From: the human T2T-CHM13v2.0 reference genome, Homo sapiens
Strand: one strand, 5' to 3'
Length of the DNA stretch: 64,000 nt
Assembly: GCF_009914755.1 (NCBI RefSeq)
Contig: NC_060933.1
Part shown: positions 11,385 through 23,632 of the stretch, in pieces
Numbering within the stretch: the stretch's first letter is position 1
How the letters are laid out: each line of letters begins with the position of its first letter
The notes under the pieces: generated by a model
Databases searched by the model: none
Seen by the model: only the letters and a program-made list of their open reading frames with translations
What the model was told of the DNA's origin: nothing
Translations under genes and position numbers: made by a program

Positions 11385-14300
11385 CATTCTCAGAAACTTC
11401 CTTGTGATGTGTGTACTCAAGTAACAGAGTTGAACCTTCCTTTTGACAGAGCAGTTTTGAAGCACTCTTTTTGTAGAATCTGCAAGTGGATATTTTGATA
11501 CCTTTGAGGATTTCGTTGGACACGGGATATCTTCATATAAAATCTAGACAGAAGCATTCTCAGAAACTTCTTTGTGCTGTATGTCCTCAATTAACAGAGT
11601 TGAACCTTTGTGTGGATACAGCATTTTGGAAACATTCCTTTAGTAGAATCTGCAAGTTGATATTTAGATAGCTAGGAAGATTTCCTTGGAAACGGGAATA
11701 TCTTCATATAAAATCTAGACGGAAGCATTCTCAGAAAGTGCTTTGTGATGTTTGCATTCAAGTCACAGAGTTGAATATTCCCTTTTATAGAGCAGGTTTG
11801 AAACACTCTTTCTGAACTACCTGGAAGTGGACATTTGGAGCGCTTTGAGGCCTATGTTGAAAAACGAAATATCTTCGCATAAAAACTAGACAGAAGCATT
11901 CTCAGAAACTTGTTTGTGATGTGTGTATTCAACTAACAGAGATGAACCTTTCTTTTTACAGAGCAGTTTTGAAACACTCTTTTTGTGGAATCTGAAAGTG
12001 GATATTTGGATAGCTTTGAGGATTTCGTTGGAAACGGGATTACATATAAAACCTAGAGAGAAGCATTCTCAGGAACTTCTTTTTGATGTTGGCCTTCAAG
12101 TCACAGGACTGAACATTCCCTTTCATAGAGCAGGTTTGAAACACTCTTTCTGTAGTATCTGCAAGCTGACGTTTCAAGCGCTTTCAGGCCTATGGTGAGA
12201 AAGGAAATATCTTCAAGTAAAAACTAGACAGAAGCATTCTCAGAAACTTATTTGCCATGTGTGTTCTCAACTAACAGAGTTGAACCTTTGTTTTGATACG
12301 GCATTTTGGAAACACTCTTTTTGTAGAATCTGCAGGTGGATATTCGGATAGCTTTGAAGGTTTCGTTGGAAACGGGAATATCTTCATATAAAATCTAGAC
12401 GGAAGCATTCTCAGAAACTGCTTTGTGATGTTTTCATTCAAGTCACAGAGTAGAATGTTCCCTGTTATATACCAGGTTTGAGACACTCTTTCTGCACTAC
12501 CTGGAAGTGGACGTTTGGAGCGCTTTGAGGCCTATGTTGAAAAAGGAAATATCTTCCCATAAAAACTAGACAGAAGCATTCTCAGAAACTTGTTTGTGAT
12601 GTGTGTATTCAACTAACAGAGATGAACCTTTCTTTTTACAGAGCAGTTTTGAAACACTCTTTTTGTGGAATCTGAAAGTGGATATTTGGATAGCTTTGAG
12701 GATTTCGTTGGAAACGGGATTACATATAAAATCTAGAGAGAAGCATTCTCAGGAACTTCTTTGTGATGTTTGCATTCACGTCACAGAACTGAACATTCCC
12801 TTTCATAGAGCATGTTTGAAACACTCTTTCTGTAGTATCTGCAAACGGACATTTCAAACGCTTTCAGGCCTATGGTGAGAAAGGAAATATCTTCAAGTAA
12901 AAACTAGACAGAAGCATTCTCAGAAACTTATTTGCGATGTGTGTCCTCAACTAACAGAGTTGAAACTTTCTTTTGATACAACATTTTGGAAACACTCTTT
13001 TTGTAGAATCTGCAAGTGGATATTTGAATAGCTTTGAAGGTTTCGTTGGAAACGGGAATATCTTCATATAAAATCAAGACAGAAGCATTCTCAGAAACTT
13101 CTCTGTGATGTTTGCATTCAACTCATAGAGTTGAACACTTCCCTTCATACAGCAGGTTTGAAACACTCTTTTTGTAATATTTGGAAGTGGACATTTGCAG
13201 CGCTTTGAGGCCTATGATGAAAAAGGTAATATCTTCCCATAAAAACTAGACAGAAGCATTCTCAGAAACTTGTTTGTGATGTGTGTATTCAACTAACAGA
13301 GATGAACCTTTCTTTTTACAGAGCAGTTTTGAAACACTCTTTTTGTGGAATCTGAAAGTGGATATTTGGATAGCTTTGCGGATTTCGTTGGAAACGGGAT
13401 TACATATAAAATCTAGGGAGAAGCACTCTCAGGAACTTCTTTGTGATATTTGCATTCAAGTCACAGAACTGAACATTCCCTTTCATAGAGCAGGTTTGAA
13501 ACACTCTTTCTGTAGTATCTGCAAGCGGACGTTTTAAGCGCTTTCAGGCCTGTGGTGAGAAAGGAAATATCTTCAAATAAAAACTAGACAGAAGCATTCT
13601 CAGAAACTTATTTGCGATGTGTGTCCTCAACTAACAGAGGTGAACCTTTCTTTTGATACAACATTTTGGAAACACTCTTTTTGTAGAATCTGCAAGTGGA
13701 TATTTGGATAGCTTTGAAGGTTTCGTTGGAAACGGGAATATCTTCATATGAAATCAAGACAGAAGCATTCTCAGAAACTTCTCTGTGATGTTTGCATTCA
13801 ACTCATAGAGTTGAACACTTCCCTTCATACAGCAGGTTTGAAACACTCTTTTTCTAATATTTGGAAGTGGACATTTGCAGCGCTTTGAGGCCTATGTTGA
13901 AAAAGGAAATATCTTCTCCTAAAAACCAGACAGAAGCATTCTCAGAAACTTCCTTGTGATGTGTGTACTCAAGTAACAGAGTTGAACCTTCCTTTTGACA
14001 GAGCAGTTTTGAAGCACTCTTTTTGTAGAATCTGCAAGTGGATATTTTGATACCTTTGAGGATTTCGTTGGACACGGGATATCTTCATATAAAATCTAGA
14101 CAGAAGCATTCTCAGAAACTTCTTTGTGCTGTATGTCCTCAATTAACAGAGTTGAACCTTTGTGTGGATACAGCATTTTGGAAACATTCCTTTAGTAGAA
14201 TCTGCAAGTTGATATTTAGATAGCTAGGAAGATTTCCTTGGAAACGGGAATATCTTCATATAAAATCTAGACGGAAGCATTCTCAGAAAGTGCTTTGTGA

Positions 14301-17300
14301 TGTTTGCATTCAAGTCACAGAGTTGAATATTCCCTTTTATAGAGCAGGTTTGAAACACTCTTTCTGCACTACCTGGAAGTGGACATTTGGAGCGCTTTGA
14401 GGCCTATGTTGAAAAAGGAAATATCTTCCCATAAAAACTAGACAGAAGCATTCTCAGAAACTTGTTTGTGATGTGTGTATTCAACTAACAGAGATGAACC
14501 TTTCTTTTTACAGAGCAGTTTTGAAACACTCTTTTTGTGGAATCTGAAAGTGGATATTTGGATAGCTTTGAGGATATCGTTGGAAACGGGATTACATATA
14601 AAACCTAGAGAGAAGCATTCTCAGGAACTTCTTTGTGATGTTTGCCTTCAAGTCACAGGACTGAACATTCCCTTTCATAGAGCAGGTTTGAAACACTCTT
14701 TCTGTAGTATCTGCAAGCTGACGTTTCAAGCGCTTTCAGGCCTATGGTGAGAAAGGAAATATCTTCAAGTAAAAACTAGACAGAAGCATTCTCAGAAACT
14801 TATTTGCCATGTGTGTTCTCAACTAACAGAGTTGAACCTTTGTTTTGATACGGCATTTTGGAAAAACTCTTTTTGTAGAATCTGCAGGTGGATATTCGGA
14901 TAGCTTTGAAGGTTTCGTTGGAAACGGGAATATCTTCATATAAAATCTAGACGGAAGCATTCTCAGAAACTGCTTTGTGATGTTTTCATTCAAGTCACAG
15001 AGTAGAATGTTCCCTGTTATATACCAGGTTTGAGACACTCTTTCTGCACTATCTGGAAGTAGACGTTTGGAGCGCTTTGAGGCCTATGTTGAAAAAGGAA
15101 ATATCTTCCCATAAAAACTAGACAGAAGCATTCTCAGAAACTTGCTTGTGATGTGTGTATTCAACTAACAGAGATGAACCTTTCTTTTTACAGAGCAGTT
15201 TTGAAACACTCTTTTTGTGGAATCTGAAAGTGGATATTTGGATAGCTTTGAGGATTTCGTTGGAAACGGGATTACATATAAAACCTAGAGAGAAGCATTC
15301 TCAGGAACTTCTTTGTGATGTTTGCATTCAAGTCACAGAACTGAACATTCCCTTTCATAGAGCAGGTTTGAAACACTCTTTCTGTAGTGTCTGCAAGCTG
15401 ACGTTTCAAGCGCTTTCAGGCCTATGGTGAGAAAAGAAATATCTTCAAGTAAAAACTAGACAGAAGCATTCTCAGAAACTTATTTGCGATGTGTGTTCTC
15501 AACTAACAGAGTTGAACCTTTGTTTTGATATGGCATTTTGGAAACACTCTTTTTGTAGAATCTGCAGGTGGATATTCGGATAGCTTTGAAGGTTTCGTTG
15601 GAAACGGGAATATCTTCATATAAAATCTAGACGGAAGCATTCTCAGAAACTGCTTTGTGATGTTTTCATTCAAGTCACAGAGTAGAATGTTCCCTGTTAT
15701 ATACCAGGTTTGAGACACTCTTTCTGCACTACCTGGAAGTGGACATTTGCAGCGCTTTGAGGCCTATGATGAAAAAGGTAATATCTTCCCATAAAAACTA
15801 GACAGAAGCATTCTCAGAAACTTGTTTGTGATGTGTGTATTCAACTAACAGAGATGAACCTTTCTTTTTACAGAGCAGTTTTGAAACACTCTTTTTGTGG
15901 AATCTGAAAGTGGATATTTGGATAGCTTTGCGGATTTCGTTGGAAACGGGATTACATATAAAATCTAGGGAGAAGCATTCTCAGGAACTTCTTTGTGATG
16001 TTTGCATTCAAGTCACAGAACTGAACATTCCCTTTCATAGAGCAGGTTTGAAACACTCTTTCTGTAGTATCTGCAAGCGGACGTTTTAAGCGCTTTCAGG
16101 CCTGTGGTGAGAAAGGAAATATCTTCAAATAAAAACTAGACAGAAGCATTCTCAGAAACTTATTTGCGATGTGTGTCCTCAACTAACAGAGTTGAACCTT
16201 TCTTTTGATACAACATTTTGGAAACACTCTTTTTGTAGAATCTGCAAGTGGATATTTGGATAGCTTTGAAGGTTTCGTTGGAAACGGGAATATCTTCATA
16301 TGAAATCAAGACAAAAGCATTCTCAGAAACTTCTCTGTGATGTTTGCATTCAACTCATAGAGTTGAACACTTCCCTTCATACAGCAGGTTTGAAACACTC
16401 TTTTTCTAATATTTGGAAGTGGACATTTGCAGCGCTTTGAGGCCTATGTTGAAAAAGGAAATATCTTCTCCTAAAAACCAGACAGAAGCATTCTCAGAAA
16501 CTTCCTTGTGATGTGTGTACTCAAGTAACAGAGTTGAACCTTCCTTTTGACAGAGCAGTTTTGAAGCACTCTTTTTGTAGAATCTGCAAGTGGATATTTT
16601 GATACCTTTGAGGATTTCGTTGGACACGGGATATCTTCATATAAAATCAAGACAGAAGCATTCTCAGAAACTTCTTTGTGCTGTATGTCCTCAATTAACA
16701 GAGTTGAACCTTTGTGTGGATACAGCATTTTGGAAACATTCCTTTAGTAGAATCTGCAAGTTGATATTTAGATAGCTAGGAAGATTTCCTTGGAAACGGG
16801 AATATCTTCATATAAAATCTAGACGGAAGCATTCTCAGAAAGTGCTTTGTGATGTTTGCATTCAAGTCACAGAGTTGAATATTCCCTTTTATAGAGTAGG
16901 TTTGAAACACTCCTTCTGCACTACCTGGAAGTGGACATTGGGAGCGCTTTGAGGCCTATGTTGAAAAAGGAAATATCTTCCCATAAAAACTAGACAGAAG
17001 CATTCTCAGAAACTTGTTTGTGATGTGTGTATTCAACTAACAGAGATGAACCTTTCTTTTTACAGAGCAGTTTTGAAACACTCTTTTTGTGGAATCTGAA
17101 AGTGGATATTTGGATAGCTTTGAGGATTTCGTTGGAAACGGGATTACATATAAAACCTAGAGAGAAGCATTCTCAGGAACTTCTTTGTGATGTTTGCCTT
17201 CAAGTCACAGGACTGAACATTCCCTTTCATAGAGCAGGTTTGAAACACTCTTTCTGTAGTATCTGCAAGCTGACGTTTCATGCGCTTTCAGGCCTATGGT

Positions 17301-19040
17301 GAGAAAGGAAATATCTTCAAGTAAAAACTAGACAGAAGCATTCTCAGAAACTTATTTGCCATGTGTGTTCTCAACTAACAGAGTTGAACCTTTGTTTTGA
17401 TACGGCATTTTGGAAACACTCTTTTTGTAGAATCTGCAGGTGGATATTCGGATAGCTTTGAAGGTTTCGTTGGAAACGGGAATATCTTCATATAAAATCT
17501 AGACGGAAGCATTCTCAGAAACTGCTTTGTGATGTTTTCATTCAAGTCACAGAGTAGAATGTTCCCTGTTATATACCAGGTTTGAGACACTCTTTCTGCA
17601 CTACCTGGAAGTGGACGTTTGGAGCGCTTTGAGGCCTATGTTGAAAAAGGAAATATCTTCCCATAAAAACTAGACAGAAGCATTCTCAGAAACTTGTTTG
17701 TGATGTGTGTATTCAACTAACAGAGATGAACCTTTCTTTTTACAGAGCAGTTTTGAAACACTCTTTTTGTGGAATCTGAAAGTGGATATTTGGATAGCTT
17801 TGAGGATTTCGTTGGAAACGGGATTACATATAAAATCTAGAGAGAAGCATTCTCAGGAACTTCTTTGTGATGTTTGCATTCACGTCACAGAACTGAACAT
17901 TCCCTTTCATAGAGCATGTTTGAAACACTCTTTCTGTAGTATCTGCAAACGGACATTTCAAACGCTTTCAGGCCTATGGTGAGAAAGGAAATATCTTCAA
18001 GTAAAAACTAGACAGAAGCATTCTCAGAAACTTATTTGCGATGTGTGTCCTCAACTAACAGAGTTGAACCTTTCTTTTGATACAACATTTTGGAAACACT
18101 CTTTTTGTAGAATCTGCAAGTGGATATTTGAATAGCTTTGAAGGTTTCGTTGGAAACGGGAATATCTTCATATAAAATCAAGACAGAAGCATTCTCAGAA
18201 ACTTCTCTGTGATGTTTGCATTCAACTCATAGAGTTGAACACTTCCCTTCATACAGCAGGTTTGAAACACTCTTTTTGTAATATTTGGAAGTGGACATTT
18301 GCAGCGCTTTGAGGCCTATGATGAAAAAGGAAATATCTTCCCATAAAAACTAGACAGAAGCATTCTCAGAAACTTGTTTGTGATGTGTGTATTCAACTAA
18401 CAGAGATGAACCTTTCTTTTTACAGAGCAGTTTTGAAACACTCTTTTTGTGGAATCTGAAAGTGGATATTTGGATAGCTTTGCGGATTTCGTTGGAAACG
18501 GGATTACATATAAAATCTAGGGAGAAGCATTCTCAGGAACTTCTTTGTGATGTTTGCATTCAAGTCACAGAACTGAACATTCCCTTTCATAGAGCAGGTT
18601 TGAAACACTCTTTCTGTAGTATCTGCAAGCGGACGTTTTAAGCGCTTTCAGGCCTGTGGTGAGAAAGGAAATATCTTCAAATAAAAACTAGACAGAAGCA
18701 TTCTCAGAAACTTATTTGCGATGTGTGTCCTCAACTAACAGAGGTGAACCTTTCTTTTGATACAACATTTTGGAAACACTCTTTTTGTAGAATCTGCAAG
18801 TGGATATTTGGATAGCTTTGAAGGTTTCGTTGGAAACGGGAATATCTTCATATGAAATCAAGACAGAAGCATTCTCAGAAACTTCTCTGTGATGTTTGCA
18901 TTCAACTCATAGAGTTGAACACTTCCCTTCATACAGCAGGTTTGAAACACTCTTTTTCTAATATTTGGAAGTGGACATTTGCAGCGCTTTGAGGCCTATG
19001 TTGAAAAAGGAAATATCTTCTCCTAAAAACCAGACAGAAG
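11385..19040 (+). repeat. Three 15-mers: T-A-C-D (11385), T-A-B-D (13937), T-A-C-D (16489)
   Basis: Trimer markers at 11486, 14038, 16590, 19142 are spaced 2552 bp; tetramer types read from SNPs. Confidence 0.9.
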
Positions 19041-22000
19041 CATTCTCAGAAACTTCCTTGTGATGTGTGTACTCAAGTAACAGAGTTGAACCTTCCTTTT
19101 GACAGAGCAGTTTTGAAGCACTCTTTTTGTAGAATCTGCAAGTGGATATTTTGATACCTTTGAGGATTTCGTTGGACACGGGATATCTTCATATAAAATC
19201 TAGACAGAAGCATTCTCAGAAACTTCTTTGTGCTGTATGTCCTCAATTAACAGAGTTGAACCTTTGTGTGGATACAGCATTTTGGAAACATTCCTTTAGT
19301 AGAATCTGCAAGTTGATATTTAGATAGCTAGGAAGATTTCCTTGGAAACGGGAATATCTTCATATAAAATCTAGACGGAAGCATTCTCAGAAAGTGCTTT
19401 GTGATGTTTGCATTCAAGTCACAGAGTTGAATATTCCCTTTTATAGAGCAGGTTTGAAACACTCTTTCTGCACTACCTGGAAGTGGACATTTGGAGCGCT
19501 TTGAGGCCTATGTTGAAAAAGGAAATATCTTCCCATAAAAACTAGACAGAAGCATTCTCAGAAACTTGTTTGTGATGTGTGTATTCAACTAACAGAGATG
19601 AACCTTTCTTTTTACAGAGCAGTTTTGAAACACTCTTTTTGTGGAATCTGAAAGTGGATATTTGGATAGCTTTGAGGATTTCGTTGGAAACGGGATTACA
19701 TATAAAACCTAGAGAGAAGCATTCTCAGGAACTTCTTTGTGATGTTTGCCTTCAAGTCACAGGACTGAACATTCCCTTTCATAGAGCAGGTTTGAAACAC
19801 TCTTTCTGTAGTATCTGCAAGCTGACGTTTCAAGCGCTTTCAGGCCTATGGTTTGAAAGGAAATATCTTCAAGTAAAAACTAGACAGAAGCATTCTCAGA
19901 AACTTATTTGCCATGTGTGTTCTCAACTAACAGAGTTGAACCTTTGTTTTGATACGGCATTTTGGAAACACTCTTTTTGTAGAATCTGCAGGTGGATATT
20001 CGGATAGCTTTGAAGGTTTCGTTGGAAACGGGAATATCTTCATATAAAATCTAGACGGAAGCATTCTCAGAAACTGCTTTGTGATGTTTTCATTCAAGTC
20101 ACAGAGTAGAATGTTCCCTGTTATATACCAGGTTTGAGACACTCTTTCTGCACTACCTGGAAGTAGACGTTTGGAGCGCTTTGAGGCCTATGTTGAAAAA
20201 GGAAATATCTTCCCATAAAAACTAGACAGAAGCATTCTCAGAAACTTGCTTGTGATGTGTGTATTCAACTAACAGAGATGAACCTTTCTTTTTACAGAGC
20301 AGTTTTGAAACACTCTTTTTGTGGAATCTGAAAGTGGATATTTGGATAGCTTTGAGGATTTCGTTGGAAACGGGATTACATATAAAACCTAGAGAGAAGC
20401 ATTCTCAGGAACTTCTTTGTGATGTTTGCATTCAAGTCACAGAACTGAACATTCCCTTTCATAGAGCAGGTTTGAAACACTCTTTCTGTAGTGTCTGCAA
20501 GCTGACGTTTCAAGCGCTTTCAGGCCTATGGTGAGAAAAGAAATATCTTCAAGTAAAAACTAGACAGAAGCATTCTCAGAAACTTATTTGCGATGTGTGT
20601 TCTCAACTAACAGAGTTGAACCTTTGTTTTGATATGGCATTTTGGAAACACTCTTTTTGTAGAATCTGCAGGTGGATATTCGGATAGCTTTGAAGGTTTC
20701 GTTGGAAACGGGAATATCTTCATATAAAATCTAGACGGAAGCATTCTCAGAAACTGCTTTGTGATGTTTTCATTCAAGTCACAGAGTAGAATGTTCCCTG
20801 TTATATACCAGGTTTGAGACACTCTTTCTGCACTACCTGGAAGTGGACATTTGCAGCGCTTTGAGGCCTATGATGAAAAAGGAAATATCTTCCCATAAAA
20901 ACTAGACAGAAGCATTCTCAGAAACTTGTTTGTGATGTGTGTATTCAACTAAGAGAGATGAACCTTTCTTTTTACAGAGCAGTTTTGAAACACTCTTTTT
21001 GTGGAATCTGAAAGTGGATATTTGGATAGCTTTGAGGATTTCGTTGGAAACGGGATTACATATAAAATCTAGAGAGAAGCATTCTCAGGAACTTCTTTGT
21101 GATGTTTGCATTCACGTCACAGAACTGAACATTCCCTTTCATAGAGCATGTTTGAAACACTCTTTCTGTAGTATCTGCAAACGGACATTTCAAACGCTTT
21201 CAGGCCTATGGTGAGAAAGGAAATATCTTCAAATAAAAACTAGACAGAAGCATTCTCAGAAACTTATTTGCGATGTGTGTCCTCAACTAACAGAGTTGAA
21301 CCTTTCTTTTGATACAACATTTTGGAAACACTCTTTTTGTAGAATCTGCAAGTGGATATTTGAATAGCTTTGAAGGTTTCGTTGGAAACGGGAATATCTT
21401 CATATAAAATCAAGACAGAAGCATTCTCAGAAACTTCTCTGTGATGTTTGCATTCAACTCATAGAGTTGAACACTTCCCTTCATACAGCAGGTTTCAAAC
21501 ACTCTTTTTGTAATATTTGGAAGTGGACATTTGCAGCGCTTTGAGGCCTATGATGAAAAAGGTAATATCTTCCCATAAAAACTAGACAGAAGCATTCTCA
21601 GAAACTTGTTTGTGATGTGTGTATTCAACTAACAGAGATGAACCTTTCTTTTTACAGAGCAGTTTTGAAACACTCTTTTTGTGGAATCTGAAAGTGGATA
21701 TTTGGATAGCTTTGCGGATTTCGTTGGAAACGGGATTACATATAAAATCTAGGGAGAAGCATTCTCAGGAACTTCTTTGTGATGTTTGCATTCAAGTCAC
21801 AGAACTGAACATTCCCTTTCATAGAGCAGGTTTGAAACACTCTTTCTGTAGTATCTGCAAGCGGACGTTTTAAGCGCTTTCAGGCCTGTGGTGAGAAAGG
21901 AAATATCTTCAAATAATAACTAGACAGAAGCATTCTCAGAAACTTATTTGCGATGTGTGTCCTCAACTAACAGAGTTGAACCTTTCTTTTGATACAACAT

Positions 22001-23632
22001 TTTGGAAACACTCTTTTTGTAGAATCTGCAAGTGGATATTTGGATAGCTTTGAAGGTTTCGTTGGAAACGGGAATATCTTCATATAAAATCTAGACGGAA
22101 GCATTCTCAGAAACTGCTTTGTGATGTTTTCATTCAAGTCACAGAGTAGAATGTTCCCTGTTATATACCAGGTTTGAGACACTCTTTCTGAACTACCTGG
22201 AAGTGGACGTTTGGAGCGCTTTGAGGCCTATGTTGAAAAAGGAAATATCTTCCCATAAAAACTAGACAGAAGCATTCTCAGAAACTTGTTTGTGATGTGT
22301 GTATTCAACTAACAGAGATGAACCTTTCTTTTTACAGAGCAGTTTTGAAACACTCTTTTTGTGGAATCTGAAAGTGGATATTTGGATAGCTTTGAGGATT
22401 TCGTTGGAAACGGGATTACATATAAAATCTAGAGAGAAGCATTCTCAGGAACTTCTTTGTGATGTTTGCATTCACGTCACAGAACTGAACATTCCCTTTC
22501 ATAGAGCATGTTTGAAACACTCTTTCTGTAGTATCTGCAAACGGACATTTCAAACGCTTTCAGGCCTATGGTGAGAAAGGAAATATCTTCAAGTAAAAAC
22601 TAGACAGAAGCATTCTCAGAAACTTATTTGCGATGTGTGTCCTCAACTAACAGAGTTGAACCTTTCTTTTGATACAACATTTTGGAAACACTCTTTTTGT
22701 AGAATCTGCAAGTGGATATTTGAATAGCTTTGAAGGTTTCGTTGGAAACGGGAATATCTTCATATAAAATCAAGACAGAAGCATTCTCAGAAACTTCTCT
22801 GTGATGTTTTCATTCAACTCATAGAGTTGAACACTTCCCTTCATACAGCAGGTTTGAAACACTCTTTTTGTAATATTTGGAAGTGGACATTTGCAGCGCT
22901 TTGAGGCCTATGATGAAAAAGGAAATATCTTCCCATAAAAACTAGACAGAAGCATTCTCAGAAACTTGTTTGTGATGTGTGTATTCAACTAACAGAGATG
23001 AACCTTTCTTTTTACAGAGCAGTTTTGAAACACTCTTTTTGTGGAATCTGAAAGTGGATATTTGGATAGCTTTGCGGATTTCGTTGGAAACGGGATTACA
23101 TATAAAATCTAGGGAGAAGCATTCTCAGGAACTTCTTTGTGATGTTTGCATTCAAGTCACAGAACTGAACATTCCCTTTCATAGAGCAGGTTTGAAACAC
23201 TCTTTCTGTAGTATCTGCAAGCGGACGTTTTAAGCGCTTTCAGGCCTGTGGTGAGAAAGGAAATATCTTCAAATAAAAACTAGACAGAAGCATTCTCAGA
23301 AACTTATTTGCGATGTGTGTCCTCAACTAACAGAGTTGAACCTTTCTTTTGATACAACATTTTGGAAACACTCTTTTTGTAGAATCTGCAAGTGGATATT
23401 TGGATAGCTTTGAAGGTTTCGTTGGAAACGGGAATATCTTCATATGAAATCAAGACAGAAGCATTCTCAGAAACTTCTCTGTGATGTTTGCATTCAACTC
23501 ATAGAGTTGAACACTTCCCTTCATACAGCAGGTTTGAAACACTCTTTTTCTAATATTTGGAAGTGGACATTTGCAGCGCTTTGAGGCCTATGTTGAAAAA
23601 GGAAATATCTTCTCCTAAAAACCAGACAGAAG
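19041..23632 (+). repeat. HOR 27-mer, T-A-B-C-(D/A)-C-D, 4592 bp
   Basis: Six tetramer ORFs between trimer markers 19142 and 23734. Confidence 0.92.

Noticed and set aside
19579-20007. Longest ORF (142 aa), rich in Cys/His and superficially zinc-finger-like
   Set aside because: It results from a local change near 19852 (gtgagaaagg to gtttgaaagg) that removes a stop codon. The Cys/His content reflects tgt/cac-rich satellite sequence.
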